DNA of 63,181 nucleotides from Clostridia bacterium (lineage in GTDB: Bacteria > Bacillota > Clostridia > TANB77 > CAG-465): positions 1 to 63,181 of the forward strand of contig JAZRSA010000011.1 of the NCBI GenBank assembly GCA_045651205.1, given 5' to 3'. The translations under genes were made by a program, and so were the position numbers. The notes beneath the pieces were generated by a model. The model had not been told where the DNA came from. It was given only the letters and a program-made list of their open reading frames with translations, and made no database searches. Numbering within the stretch: the first letter of the stretch is position 1; every line of letters starts with the position of its first letter. This document shows positions 47,649-55,528 of this stretch, piece after piece.

Positions 47649-48731
47649 TTATAACCCGCCATTTTTAGCTATTTTATTTGCATATTTTAATACTCTTGTA
47701 CCATAATACCAAGAATATGCATCTCTTCCTGATTCAGCTTTTAGATATTTTCTATATCTACCTTCACCCCAGTTATATGAGTTAAGTGCATGCAAGTCTA
47801 ATTCTTCACCACTTGCTGAACCTTTCCAAGATTTATAATATCTACTTAACCAATACACACCTGCGTGTATGTTTTGATATGGATCAAATAAATCTGTTGT
47901 TCCTATTTTTTTCTTTAAGTAAGATAAATTTGATGGATTTATTTGACACATTCCATAACCTGTTTTACTTTTAGCCTCTACTCTATAGTTACTTTCAACC
48001 TTCATAAGTCCTAGAAATACTAGGTATGGTACATTGTATTTTTTACACATATTATACGCAAACTTTTGAAGATTTAAAGATAAGTTTATATTATATTTTT
48101 TAAAATTAGCATCTACTTCTAAATCCTTAGCTGTTATTCTTTCTTTGCTATATCTAGATGTAGATATTACTTTTGTTCCTACTTCTATTATTTGATCAAC
48201 AGGAACTTTTTCAACAACTTCTGTTATTATATTTGTTGAAACCAACTTTAGATCAGTATCATATCTTGCTGTATATAATACTCTCTTTTGTCCTTCTTCG
48301 CCTTTTTGTAAAGTTGTTTTTGTACCTCTATATACACTTGCATTAGATTTTTCAATCTTTTCATAGTCTATATATTGGATTTCTTCTATTATTCTTTCAG
48401 TCTGACCGACTGTTACTTTCGCTCTATATTCCGAAAGATCGAGCATTGCTACTTCATTTTCGGAATATATTTTAATTTCCATGTTATCTTTAAGGATTGT
48501 TTCTGTATTTGGGTATACAATAGATTTTTCATCTATTATTATATTATTTTGCATTAACATTCCTTCTACAGTGTTAGACATTGTGTTAACCGTCATTTTT
48601 TCTCCATAATAATCTATTGTTACAGATTTTGTTTGGAAGTTAACAACAACTAAACCTACTGTTACAAACACCACCATACAAGTAAACATTACAGTGAGTT
48701 TTCTTAACATGTAAAGTTTATCCTCTTTCAA
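47649..48731 (-). CDS. DUF348/G5-domain protein with C-terminal lytic transglycosylase (SLT) domain
   Basis: TM anchor, G5-like block (TTLQKGEEGQKRVLY...EVGTK), SLT motifs GLMKVESNYR, GMCQIN, SYNWG. TTG start with RBS AGGAGGAG. Confidence 0.75.
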   Translation of the reverse strand: MKEDKLYMLRKLTVMFTCMVVFVTVGLVVVNFQTKSVTIDYYGEKMTVNTMSNTVEGMLMQNNIIIDEKSIVYPNTETILKDNMEIKIYSENEVAMLDLSEYRAKVTVGQTERIIEEIQYIDYEKIEKSNASVYRGTKTTLQKGEEGQKRVLYTARYDTDLKLVSTNIITEVVEKVPVDQIIEVGTKVISTSRYSKERITAKDLEVDANFKKYNINLSLNLQKFAYNMCKKYNVPYLVFLGLMKVESNYRVEAKSKTGYGMCQINPSNLSYLKKKIGTTDLFDPYQNIHAGVYWLSRYYKSWKGSASGEELDLHALNSYNWGEGRYRKYLKAESGRDAYSWYYGTRVLKYANKIAKNGGL

Positions 48732-48766
48732 TAAGACTCCTCCTTACGACATAGTCGTACGATATT

Positions 48767-48795
48767 ATTATACTATTTTTTGTATATATTGTCAA
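48767..48795 (-). promoter_or_regulatory. consensus sigma-A promoter of the G5/SLT gene
   Basis: Minus strand reads TTGACA, 17 nt spacer, TATAAT, about 35 nt upstream of the start codon. Confidence 0.6.
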
Positions 48796-48955
48796 TTACC
48801 CGTTATTTCACACAATTTAATATGAAGCTGAAAACGCGTAACAAGCTCTAATACTAGTATATTATGCATTTTATATATTATGTACAAGTACACCTTAATA
48901 TATTGCATTTTATTTTTTTTAATGATAAAATGTAAGCATTAGGAGGTATATTCAT

Positions 48956-49519
48956 ATGATAGGATGGATTATATTTGGTGTAGTTGTTGTCGCAATAATA
49001 TTATGGTATGTTGGCGTTTACAACAAACTTATATCTCTTCGTGAAAGAGTTAATAATGCATGGGCACAAATTGACACACAATTAGTAAGAAGATTCGATT
49101 TAATACCAAACTTAGTTGAAACTGTTAAAGGTTATGCTAAGCACGAATCTGACACTTTAGAAAAAGTTATTGCTGCCAGAACTCAATATATGTCTGCAAA
49201 TGGCAATGTTGAACAAATGGCTCAAGCGGAAAACGTTCTTTCTGGAACTTTAAAAAGCATCTTTGCTTTAGCTGAAGCTTATCCAGAATTAAAAGCAAAC
49301 GTTAATTTCCAACAATTATCTACAGAATTAACAGGGACTGAAGATAAAATAGCTTACGCTAGACAATTCTATAATGATACAGTTCAAATGTTTAATGTAG
49401 AAATAGAAAAATTCCCTAATAATATTGTAGTTTCTATTTCTGGTGCAGATAAATTTGCTAAACGTACATTCTTTGAAGCAGCTGCTGAAGAAAAGAAAAA
49501 CGTAAGGGTACAATTCTAG
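48956..49519 (+). CDS. lemA: LemA family protein
   Basis: N-terminal TM helix and LemA-type sequence (YNKLISLRERVNNAWAQIDTQLVRRFDLIPNLVETVKGYA). Confidence 0.85.
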   Translation: MIGWIIFGVVVVAIILWYVGVYNKLISLRERVNNAWAQIDTQLVRRFDLIPNLVETVKGYAKHESDTLEKVIAARTQYMSANGNVEQMAQAENVLSGTLKSIFALAEAYPELKANVNFQQLSTELTGTEDKIAYARQFYNDTVQMFNVEIEKFPNNIVVSISGADKFAKRTFFEAAAEEKKNVRVQF

Positions 49520-49528
49520 AGGTGAATT

Positions 49529-50398
49529 ATGATACTAAAAAGTGTACAAGATAACAAAAGATCTTCGTTCTTTATAGTATCACTGTTTATTGTAATTATT
49601 ATGGTAGGCGTATACTTTGTTTGCTATGCTTTGGATTTAGGTTTTTTATCTATTCCAATTGCTGTAGTAGGTGCTATAGTGCCTGCCATAATTTCATATA
49701 ACAACTGTGATAAAATAGTATTATCATTAAACGGTGCTAGACCAGCAACAAGAGAACAAGATTTATTATTAAGTAATTTATTAGACAACTTATGTATTGC
49801 TTCTGGTTTACCAAGACCAAAGCTTTATGTTATAAACGATGCAAGTCCTAACGCATTTGCCACTGGTAAAAATCCAGAAAACGCAGTTATATGTGTTACA
49901 ACAGGACTTTTAGAAAAATTAGATAAATATGAACTAGAAGGTGTTTTAGCTCACGAATTATCTCATATAAAAAACTATGATATATTATTATCTACAATAG
50001 TTTCTATATTCGTAGGATTCGTAGTTATCCTTTCAGATTGGTTCACTAGATGGAGTTTTAGACGTAGCAGAGACAGCGATAACAAAAACCCGCTTTTTGT
50101 TCTTATTGGAATATTATTCTTAATATTATCTCCAATATTTGCTACACTTATGAAACTTGCTATATCTAGAAAAAGAGAATTCTTGGCAGACGCTTCTGCT
50201 ATAGAAATGACTAGAAATCCAGATGGATTAATTAGTGCATTACAAAAGATAGCTTTAGATCCAGATCCACTTGAAACAGCGAATAAATCTACAGCACACA
50301 TGTATATATCTAGTCCATTTAAGGATAAGACATCAGATTTATTCTCTACACACCCAAGTACGGAAAAGAGAATCGAAGCACTAAGACACATCAATTAA
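49529..50398 (+). CDS. htpX: M48-family zinc metalloprotease (HtpX-like)
   Basis: HELSHIKN (HExxH) between TM helices. The REFLAD segment supplies the distal Glu. Confidence 0.8.
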   Translation: MILKSVQDNKRSSFFIVSLFIVIIMVGVYFVCYALDLGFLSIPIAVVGAIVPAIISYNNCDKIVLSLNGARPATREQDLLLSNLLDNLCIASGLPRPKLYVINDASPNAFATGKNPENAVICVTTGLLEKLDKYELEGVLAHELSHIKNYDILLSTIVSIFVGFVVILSDWFTRWSFRRSRDSDNKNPLFVLIGILFLILSPIFATLMKLAISRKREFLADASAIEMTRNPDGLISALQKIALDPDPLETANKSTAHMYISSPFKDKTSDLFSTHPSTEKRIEALRHIN

Positions 50399-50411
50399 TT
50401 TGGAGGATAAT

Positions 50412-50873
50412 ATGGAAAGATTAAGAGGATTTGAAATAGCAAAAGGATTCGAAAACCATGGTATTACATTGCCTGTAAGAAAAACAAAAACATCTGCAGG
50501 GTATGACATATGCGCAGCAGAAGACTGCACAATTCCGCCATTTACATTTGGTTCTAAGCCAACACTTGTAAAAACTGGACTTAAAGCATATATGATGGAT
50601 GATGAATATTTAATGCTTTGTAATAGAAGCTCTAACCCATTTAAAAAAGGATTAGTTCTTGCAAACAGCGTTGGTATAATAGATGCAGATTTCTACGGAA
50701 ACCCAGATAATGATGGCGCATTCTGTTTTGCATTCTATAACTACTTTGACACACCACTTGAAATAAAAAAAGGTGATGCAATAGGACAAGCTATATTTAT
50801 GAAGTACTTAATGACAGATAACGATGTTCCAGGCGGCGAAAGACTTGGCGGATTCGGAAGTACAAGTAAATAA
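50412..50873 (+). CDS. dut: dUTP diphosphatase
   Basis: SAGYDI, NSVGIIDADFYG and GGFGST motifs. Start set at the ATG after GGAGGA (the track start at 50400 is TTG). Confidence 0.85.
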   Translation: MERLRGFEIAKGFENHGITLPVRKTKTSAGYDICAAEDCTIPPFTFGSKPTLVKTGLKAYMMDDEYLMLCNRSSNPFKKGLVLANSVGIIDADFYGNPDNDGAFCFAFYNYFDTPLEIKKGDAIGQAIFMKYLMTDNDVPGGERLGGFGSTSK

Positions 50874-50892
50874 TATTAATCAAATATCTAAT

Positions 50893-50923
50893 AAAACCAG
50901 AGAAACTCTGGTTTTATTTTTTT
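50893..50923 (+). terminator. rho-independent terminator after dut
   Basis: AAAACCAGAG-aaa-CTCTGGTTTT followed by a T-run. Confidence 0.7.
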
Positions 50924-51002
50924 AATTGTATTTTAACCCCATCTGTGATATACTTATTTCACCAAACTTAATTAAAATTCTTATGATTAGGAGGGTTCTT
51001 TT

Positions 51003-52073
51003 ATGGTACACAAGAAAATCGGTTGTGCCATTATCGGTTATGGCGGAATGGGTAACTGGCACGCCAACAAAATCACCCACGAGATGGGAGAATTCGCTGA
51101 ACTCATTGGAGTTTACGATACTAATCCCGCACGGAATCAAGTAGCAAGGGAAAAAGGATATCACTTTTACCTTGCCGAAGGCGAATTGCTTGCTGACGAG
51201 AACGTCCAGCTTGTGATTATCGCAACACCTAACGACGTCCACAAAGAAATCGCAATCAGAGCACTTGAAGCAGGAAAGCATATAATCTGTGAGAAACCTG
51301 TTACTATGTGTTCGCACGACCTCGAAGAAATAATTGAAGTAGCAAATAAGACCGGGTTGCTCTTTACTGTACACCAGAACAGACGTTGGGACGAAGATTT
51401 CCTTACGATGAAGAAAATCTTTGATGACAATACTCTCTCGAATGTGTACAGAATCGAATCCAGAGTTCAGGGTTCGCGTGGAATTCCCGGCGACTGGAGA
51501 AACCAGGTAGAGCACGGCGGCGGTATGGTATACGACTGGGGTATTCACCTTCTTGACCAGGCTCTTATGATGACCGGAACAAGAAAAATCCAGACAGTTT
51601 ATACCGAACTTACCAATGTTACAAACGAAAATTGTGATGATGGTTTCCGCACTACGCTTATCTTCGACGATGGCCTTTCCTTCTATGTTGAGGTTACCAC
51701 CAGCAACTTCATCTCTCTTCCCAGATGGTATATGCTCGGCGAGAATGGTACTGCTGTTCTTAACAACTGGTCTTGCAATGGCAAGATTGTTATGGTCTCT
51801 GATTGGGAGAACAAAGATGCTGTACCTATCGTAGCCGGAGCAGGTATTACCAAAACCATGGCTCCCAGAGATAAAGACTCCATCAAGGAATATCCTCTCC
51901 CTGTACAGAAAGAAAACTGGGGCGAGTATTACAAGAATGTATTTGCTTACCTTAGAGGTGAAGCAGATATTATTGTAACTCACGACCAACAAAGAAGACT
52001 CATCAACCTTGTTGAGGCAATCTTTGCTTCTGGTTATTCCGGAAGAGTCGTAGAATTTGAGAACGGACTTTAA
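51003..52073 (+). CDS. Gfo/Idh/MocA-family NAD(P)-dependent oxidoreductase (compositional outlier)
   Basis: N-terminal Rossmann IGCAIIGYGGMGNWH and the EKP motif ICEKPV. RBS AGGAGGG. Much higher G+C than the flanks. Confidence 0.8.
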   Translation: MVHKKIGCAIIGYGGMGNWHANKITHEMGEFAELIGVYDTNPARNQVAREKGYHFYLAEGELLADENVQLVIIATPNDVHKEIAIRALEAGKHIICEKPVTMCSHDLEEIIEVANKTGLLFTVHQNRRWDEDFLTMKKIFDDNTLSNVYRIESRVQGSRGIPGDWRNQVEHGGGMVYDWGIHLLDQALMMTGTRKIQTVYTELTNVTNENCDDGFRTTLIFDDGLSFYVEVTTSNFISLPRWYMLGENGTAVLNNWSCNGKIVMVSDWENKDAVPIVAGAGITKTMAPRDKDSIKEYPLPVQKENWGEYYKNVFAYLRGEADIIVTHDQQRRLINLVEAIFASGYSGRVVEFENGL

Positions 52074-52080
52074 ACAAAAC

Positions 52081-52110
52081 AACACCAGCTGTTTAATTAC
52101 AGCTGGTGTT
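52081..52110. terminator. bidirectional terminator hairpin
   Basis: AACACCAGCTG-tttaatta-CAGCTGGTGTT. Confidence 0.7.
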
Positions 52111-52116
52111 TATGTT

Positions 52117-52692
52117 TTATATATGTTTTATTTCAGATTTTTTATAGAATTTGGGCATTTCATTTTTTTCTGTTATTTCTACTAACACACTATCATTTTT
52201 ATCATCTATCCAAACAACAAATCCTCTTTCACCCGTTTCTTTTATTATGACTTCGTCATGCTCTTTATATTCTTCATCTTCTTTTGCCATTTTATTAAGT
52301 ATATTTGCTCCTACTCTCCCTATTTCATTTTCAAAGCCATCATCACCAATGCCTTTTGTTCTAATTAATTCTTGTATAACTTCAATTACCTCAAACAATT
52401 GTTCATCAGTCATATTTTTATTTACTTCAAAAGGTAATTTTAAGTCTTTTATATACCTTCTTTCTTCAACATTAAAATTATATTCTGTATCTTCTTCAGA
52501 AGATTCTAGTTCAGACAATCTTTGTGCCACTTGTACAACTTCTAGTGCCGATACTGTTTCTTCTCTTATTGAAATTAAATATTTCATCATTGCTTCTTGT
52601 TGGAAGTCCTTTTCCAACATATCACTTAACATTTTCGCAATATCCTCACGCAACCCCTGCGTTAATAATTCGTTTAATATTTTCTCTTGCAT
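52117..52692 (-). CDS. hypothetical protein; long member (191 aa) of the MQEKILNEL paralog family
   Basis: The N-terminal 65 aa are near-identical in pattern to the ORFs at 53184-53396 and 54068-54271, and a C-terminal extension is added. Confidence 0.65.
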   Translation of the reverse strand: MQEKILNELLTQGLREDIAKMLSDMLEKDFQQEAMMKYLISIREETVSALEVVQVAQRLSELESSEEDTEYNFNVEERRYIKDLKLPFEVNKNMTDEQLFEVIEVIQELIRTKGIGDDGFENEIGRVGANILNKMAKEDEEYKEHDEVIIKETGERGFVVWIDDKNDSVLVEITEKNEMPKFYKKSEIKHI

Positions 52693-52737
52693 ATATTACT
52701 CCTTTTCTTATTCTTTTATTTATGATATAATTTTATT

Positions 52738-52897
52738 GCAATGAGGTGGACAATTGGCGCTTCCACATACCTTTATGGTCAAAAGAGATGAACGATAGGC
52801 GCCACGTTCCATTGCGAAGCCTAGTGACTTTGTCACTAGTTTTATCACACCACGTCATATTTGTTGAAACATATAAATATGTCGTGGTGTGTTTTTA
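52738..52897 (+). ncRNA. candidate small RNA of unknown class
   Basis: Extended -10 TGATATAAT at 52723-52731. Relatively GC-rich body with GGCGCC-containing stems. Two tandem hairpin+T-run elements (CTAGTGAC-ttt-GTCACTAG at 52821-52839; 14-bp stem at 52847-52890). No convincing ORF. Confidence 0.3.
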
Positions 52898-53183
52898 TTT
52901 ATACATTTTCTCCCCAATACCAATTAAGAATTATTTCTTCTATCCTTTGATAGAGTCGTTTTAAAATATTCATATTACTTCCTCTTCTTTACTTAATTAA
53001 TATATTGTGTTATAATATTCCACATAAGAACCAGCTGCGGTTGATAATCCCGTACCTCGTTCTTTTTAATAGCAAATCCGCATTTTTTTGCAGACCATTG
53101 AGTCGTTAAGGATTTGTTATTTTTTTATGTTCATTAATACTAGAATATATTAACATCCTATTTTAATATACACATTCCTAAAT

Positions 53184-53396
53184 TTATTCTTCATCTTTTT
53201 CCAAAGATTCTAACTTAGTTAGCTTTTGGGCAAGTTGTATTACATCTAATTCACTTACCGTTTTATCTCTTACCGAAATCAAATATTCCATCATAGTTTC
53301 TTGTTGCACTTTATTTTTCATTAATCTACTTATCATACCAGCTATATCCTCACGCAAACCCTGCGTTAATAACTCGTTTAATATTTTCTCTTGCAT
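53184..53396 (-). CDS. hypothetical small protein (70 aa), MQEKILNEL paralog
   Basis: MQEKILNELLTQGLREDIAGMISRLMKNKVQQETMMEYLISVRDKTV... Confidence 0.6.
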   Translation of the reverse strand: MQEKILNELLTQGLREDIAGMISRLMKNKVQQETMMEYLISVRDKTVSELDVIQLAQKLTKLESLEKDEE

Positions 53397-53419
53397 ATAT
53401 TACTCCTTTTTATTACCTT

Positions 53420-53730
53420 TTAGAAATCTTCTTCTCTTGCTCCCCAATCTACACCTAGTATCCTGGTTAAAAGCTCATTGAATTTGAAAAAGACTTTTGC
53501 TATAGGAGTCATAATTATTATTTCTAATTCCTTTAATGTTTTCATTATGCTAGTTTCTCCATCCACCAATCTATTATTCTTCCTGCTATCTTATTAAATT
53601 TGTGTTTTACAAATAATCTTTTTACTAATTTAGTAACTTCTTTTCTACGTTTTTGCCTCATCGGAACTTTTGCTAATACATCTCCATCTAACCAAGGACA
53701 AATTATTAATTTGCTTCCGTTTCTTTCCAT
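53420..53730 (-). pseudogene. split copy of the MERNGSK-family gene (61-aa ORF plus a 41-aa ORF in another frame)
   Basis: 53545-53730 encodes MERNGSKLIICPWLDGDVL...DWWMEKLA and stops where the intact 123-aa paralog continues. An ATG overlapping that stop (TAATG) opens a 41-aa ORF (53420-53545) loosely matching the paralog C-terminus. Confidence 0.5.
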
Positions 53731-54067
53731 ATTCTTCCCCTTCTACCGTTATATTACCACTTGTTTTTTAGTTTTGCAAGAAAAGATGTTAATGGTATTC
53801 GCATTTAATTTATTAATTAATTAATATAACAAACATAAAAAGAATTAGCCAAAATCGTAGTACATCAGATAAAACCTTCTCTACATCGTTGGCTAATTCA
53901 TCTACTAATAGTATAACACCGCAAAAATCAGCTGTCAACACCAGTAATTATTCTATACGAAAATACTCTTCTTTTCTTTTAATAGTTTAGATATTCCTTT
54001 TATACTAATCAGAATTTACAGTACTCTAAAACTTATTGTGCTCTCGTTGTGTTATTTAATTACATTG

Positions 54068-54271
54068 CTAAGCTTCTTCATGTTCTAATTCAGACAATCT
54101 TTGTGCCATTTGTATTACTTCTACTGAGGATACTGTTTCTTCTCTTATTGATACTAAATACTTCATCATTGCTTCTTGTTGGAAGTCTTGTTTCAATATT
54201 CTAGTTAAATGCCCCGCAATATCTTCTCTTAAGCCTTGTATTATTAATTCGTTTAGTATTTCTTCTTGCAT
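54068..54271 (-). CDS. hypothetical small protein (67 aa), MQEKILNEL paralog
   Basis: MQEEILNELIIQGLREDIAGHLTRILKQDFQQEAMMKYLVSIREETV... Confidence 0.6.
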   Translation of the reverse strand: MQEEILNELIIQGLREDIAGHLTRILKQDFQQEAMMKYLVSIREETVSSVEVIQMAQRLSELEHEEA

Positions 54272-54295
54272 ATATTACCCCTTTTAATTCTCTAT

Positions 54296-54667
54296 TTAGC
54301 AATGAATGCAGCTAATTTGAGAAACAAATTTATACCATTTTCTATATATAATATCTACTACATACATTTCATCTAATCTTTCTAGATTCTCTCCATATTT
54401 TTCTTCGATTTTTTCTATAATTGGGCAAACTACTTTTCCAAGCAATTTCACCATTAAATCTCTAATTGATATAAATGGTTGCATATATTCTTTATCCATC
54501 CACCAATCTATTAACCTAGCTGGTATATGTTTATATTTTCGTTTTGCGAAAGCTTTCCCGATAATATTTGTTAATTCTTCTCTTCGTACGTTTCTTGCAT
54601 GAACTCTTTCTAATACACCATCTTCTAAAAAAGGACAAAATATAAATTTACTTCCGTTTCTTTCCAT
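54296..54667 (-). CDS. hypothetical protein (123 aa), intact MERNGSK-family member
   Basis: MERNGSKFIFCPFLEDGVLERV...LIDWWMDKEY... The conserved leader/promoter block is shared with the copy at 53739-53767. Confidence 0.6.
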   Translation of the reverse strand: MERNGSKFIFCPFLEDGVLERVHARNVRREELTNIIGKAFAKRKYKHIPARLIDWWMDKEYMQPFISIRDLMVKLLGKVVCPIIEKIEEKYGENLERLDEMYVVDIIYRKWYKFVSQISCIHC

Positions 54668-54714
54668 AGATTATTCACCTTCTACCGTTATATTACCACT
54701 TGTTTTGCTCATTT

Positions 54715-54751
54715 GCAATAAAAACACCATATGAGTTTTCTCATACGGTGT
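54715..54751 (-). terminator. rho-independent terminator of the nrdD-nrdG-FTR-like operon
   Basis: Minus strand reads ACACCGTATGAG-aaaa-CTCATATGGTGT followed by TTTTTATT. Confidence 0.65.
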
Positions 54752-54757
54752 TTTATT

Positions 54758-54940
54758 TTAATCTTTAATTGGAATAAATAGTTTACAACAACATTCTCCT
54801 GCTTCTATGAACTTGTCACATGGGCAAAGTGTTGTTTCGTTCTTCTCCACTCTGCAAGGACAGTGTCCATCTTTTTTTAATGTTCCTGTTATTATTTTGT
54901 CTACATATTCTCTATTTGGATTTAATCTATATCCTTTCAT
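54758..54940 (-). CDS. ferredoxin-thioredoxin reductase catalytic-subunit-like small protein
   Basis: GHCPCRVEKNETTLCPCDKFIEAGECCCKLF matches the CPCR...CPC...CxCxLF Cys pattern of FTR beta chains. Confidence 0.65.
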   Translation of the reverse strand: MKGYRLNPNREYVDKIITGTLKKDGHCPCRVEKNETTLCPCDKFIEAGECCCKLFIPIKD

Positions 54941-54951
54941 ATAACCTCTCT

Positions 54952-55518
54952 TTATACTTTTTGTGAAAAAACACTTCTATTTTTTTCTTTTAGATATATT
55001 TCATCTTTTAAAACTACTTCATTCGTTGCTAATGATTCTTGTACGTCAATTATTCTTTGATTTGAAGAACCTCTAAAGAATAGTTTTGGATCCTTGTTTT
55101 CTTCTTCGAATTTTCCATCAACTAAGATATCCACATTCTTTAATAATGCTGGTGTTTCTTCCCACATTGTACACATTTTATCTCTTATTTGTTTGTCGAA
55201 AAGGAAACCTGAATACGCCCAAATTGTTTTATCTGGATATACTTCTCTTACTTTATTAGTTAATTCAACTAACGCAGCTTGGTTTTCTTTTTCGAATGGC
55301 TCTCCACCTAAAAGTGATAGTCCAGTTATATAGTTTGGCTTAAGTGCCTCTAATATTTCGTTTATTGTATCTTCTGTAAACTCTGTTCCGTAATTAAAGT
55401 CCCATGCTTCTTCATTAAAGCAGCCTTTACAATGATGTCTACAACCACTTACAAAAAGCGAAACTCTAACTCCTGGTCCATTAGCTATATCCATTTTTTT
55501 TATTGTAGCGTAATTCAT
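54952..55518 (-). CDS. nrdG: anaerobic ribonucleoside-triphosphate reductase activating protein
   Basis: CRHHCKGCFN radical-SAM cluster; position directly after nrdD. Confidence 0.9.
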   Translation of the reverse strand: MNYATIKKMDIANGPGVRVSLFVSGCRHHCKGCFNEEAWDFNYGTEFTEDTINEILEALKPNYITGLSLLGGEPFEKENQAALVELTNKVREVYPDKTIWAYSGFLFDKQIRDKMCTMWEETPALLKNVDILVDGKFEEENKDPKLFFRGSSNQRIIDVQESLATNEVVLKDEIYLKEKNRSVFSQKV

Positions 55519-55528
55519 AATCTTTCTC

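Noticed and set aside
48732-48955. c-di-AMP (ydaO-type) riboswitch upstream of the G5/SLT wall hydrolase gene
   Set aside because: A consensus promoter lies only about 35 nt from the start codon, which leaves no room for a ~130-nt aptamer, and no conserved ydaO blocks were seen.
50922-52085. 387-aa minus-strand ORF
   Set aside because: It is the antisense shadow of the GC-rich Gfo/Idh/MocA gene. The plus-strand product has a Rossmann motif, an EKP motif and a good RBS, whereas this one has none.
52151-52744. 197-aa plus-strand ORF, and similar Ser/Leu/Phe-rich ORFs antisense to real genes (e.g. 11748-12233, 34385-35560, 40794-41312, 44094-44459)
   Set aside because: These low-complexity translations are typical of the antisense strand of AT-rich genes with Glu/Lys-rich products. 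They have no RBS and no motifs.
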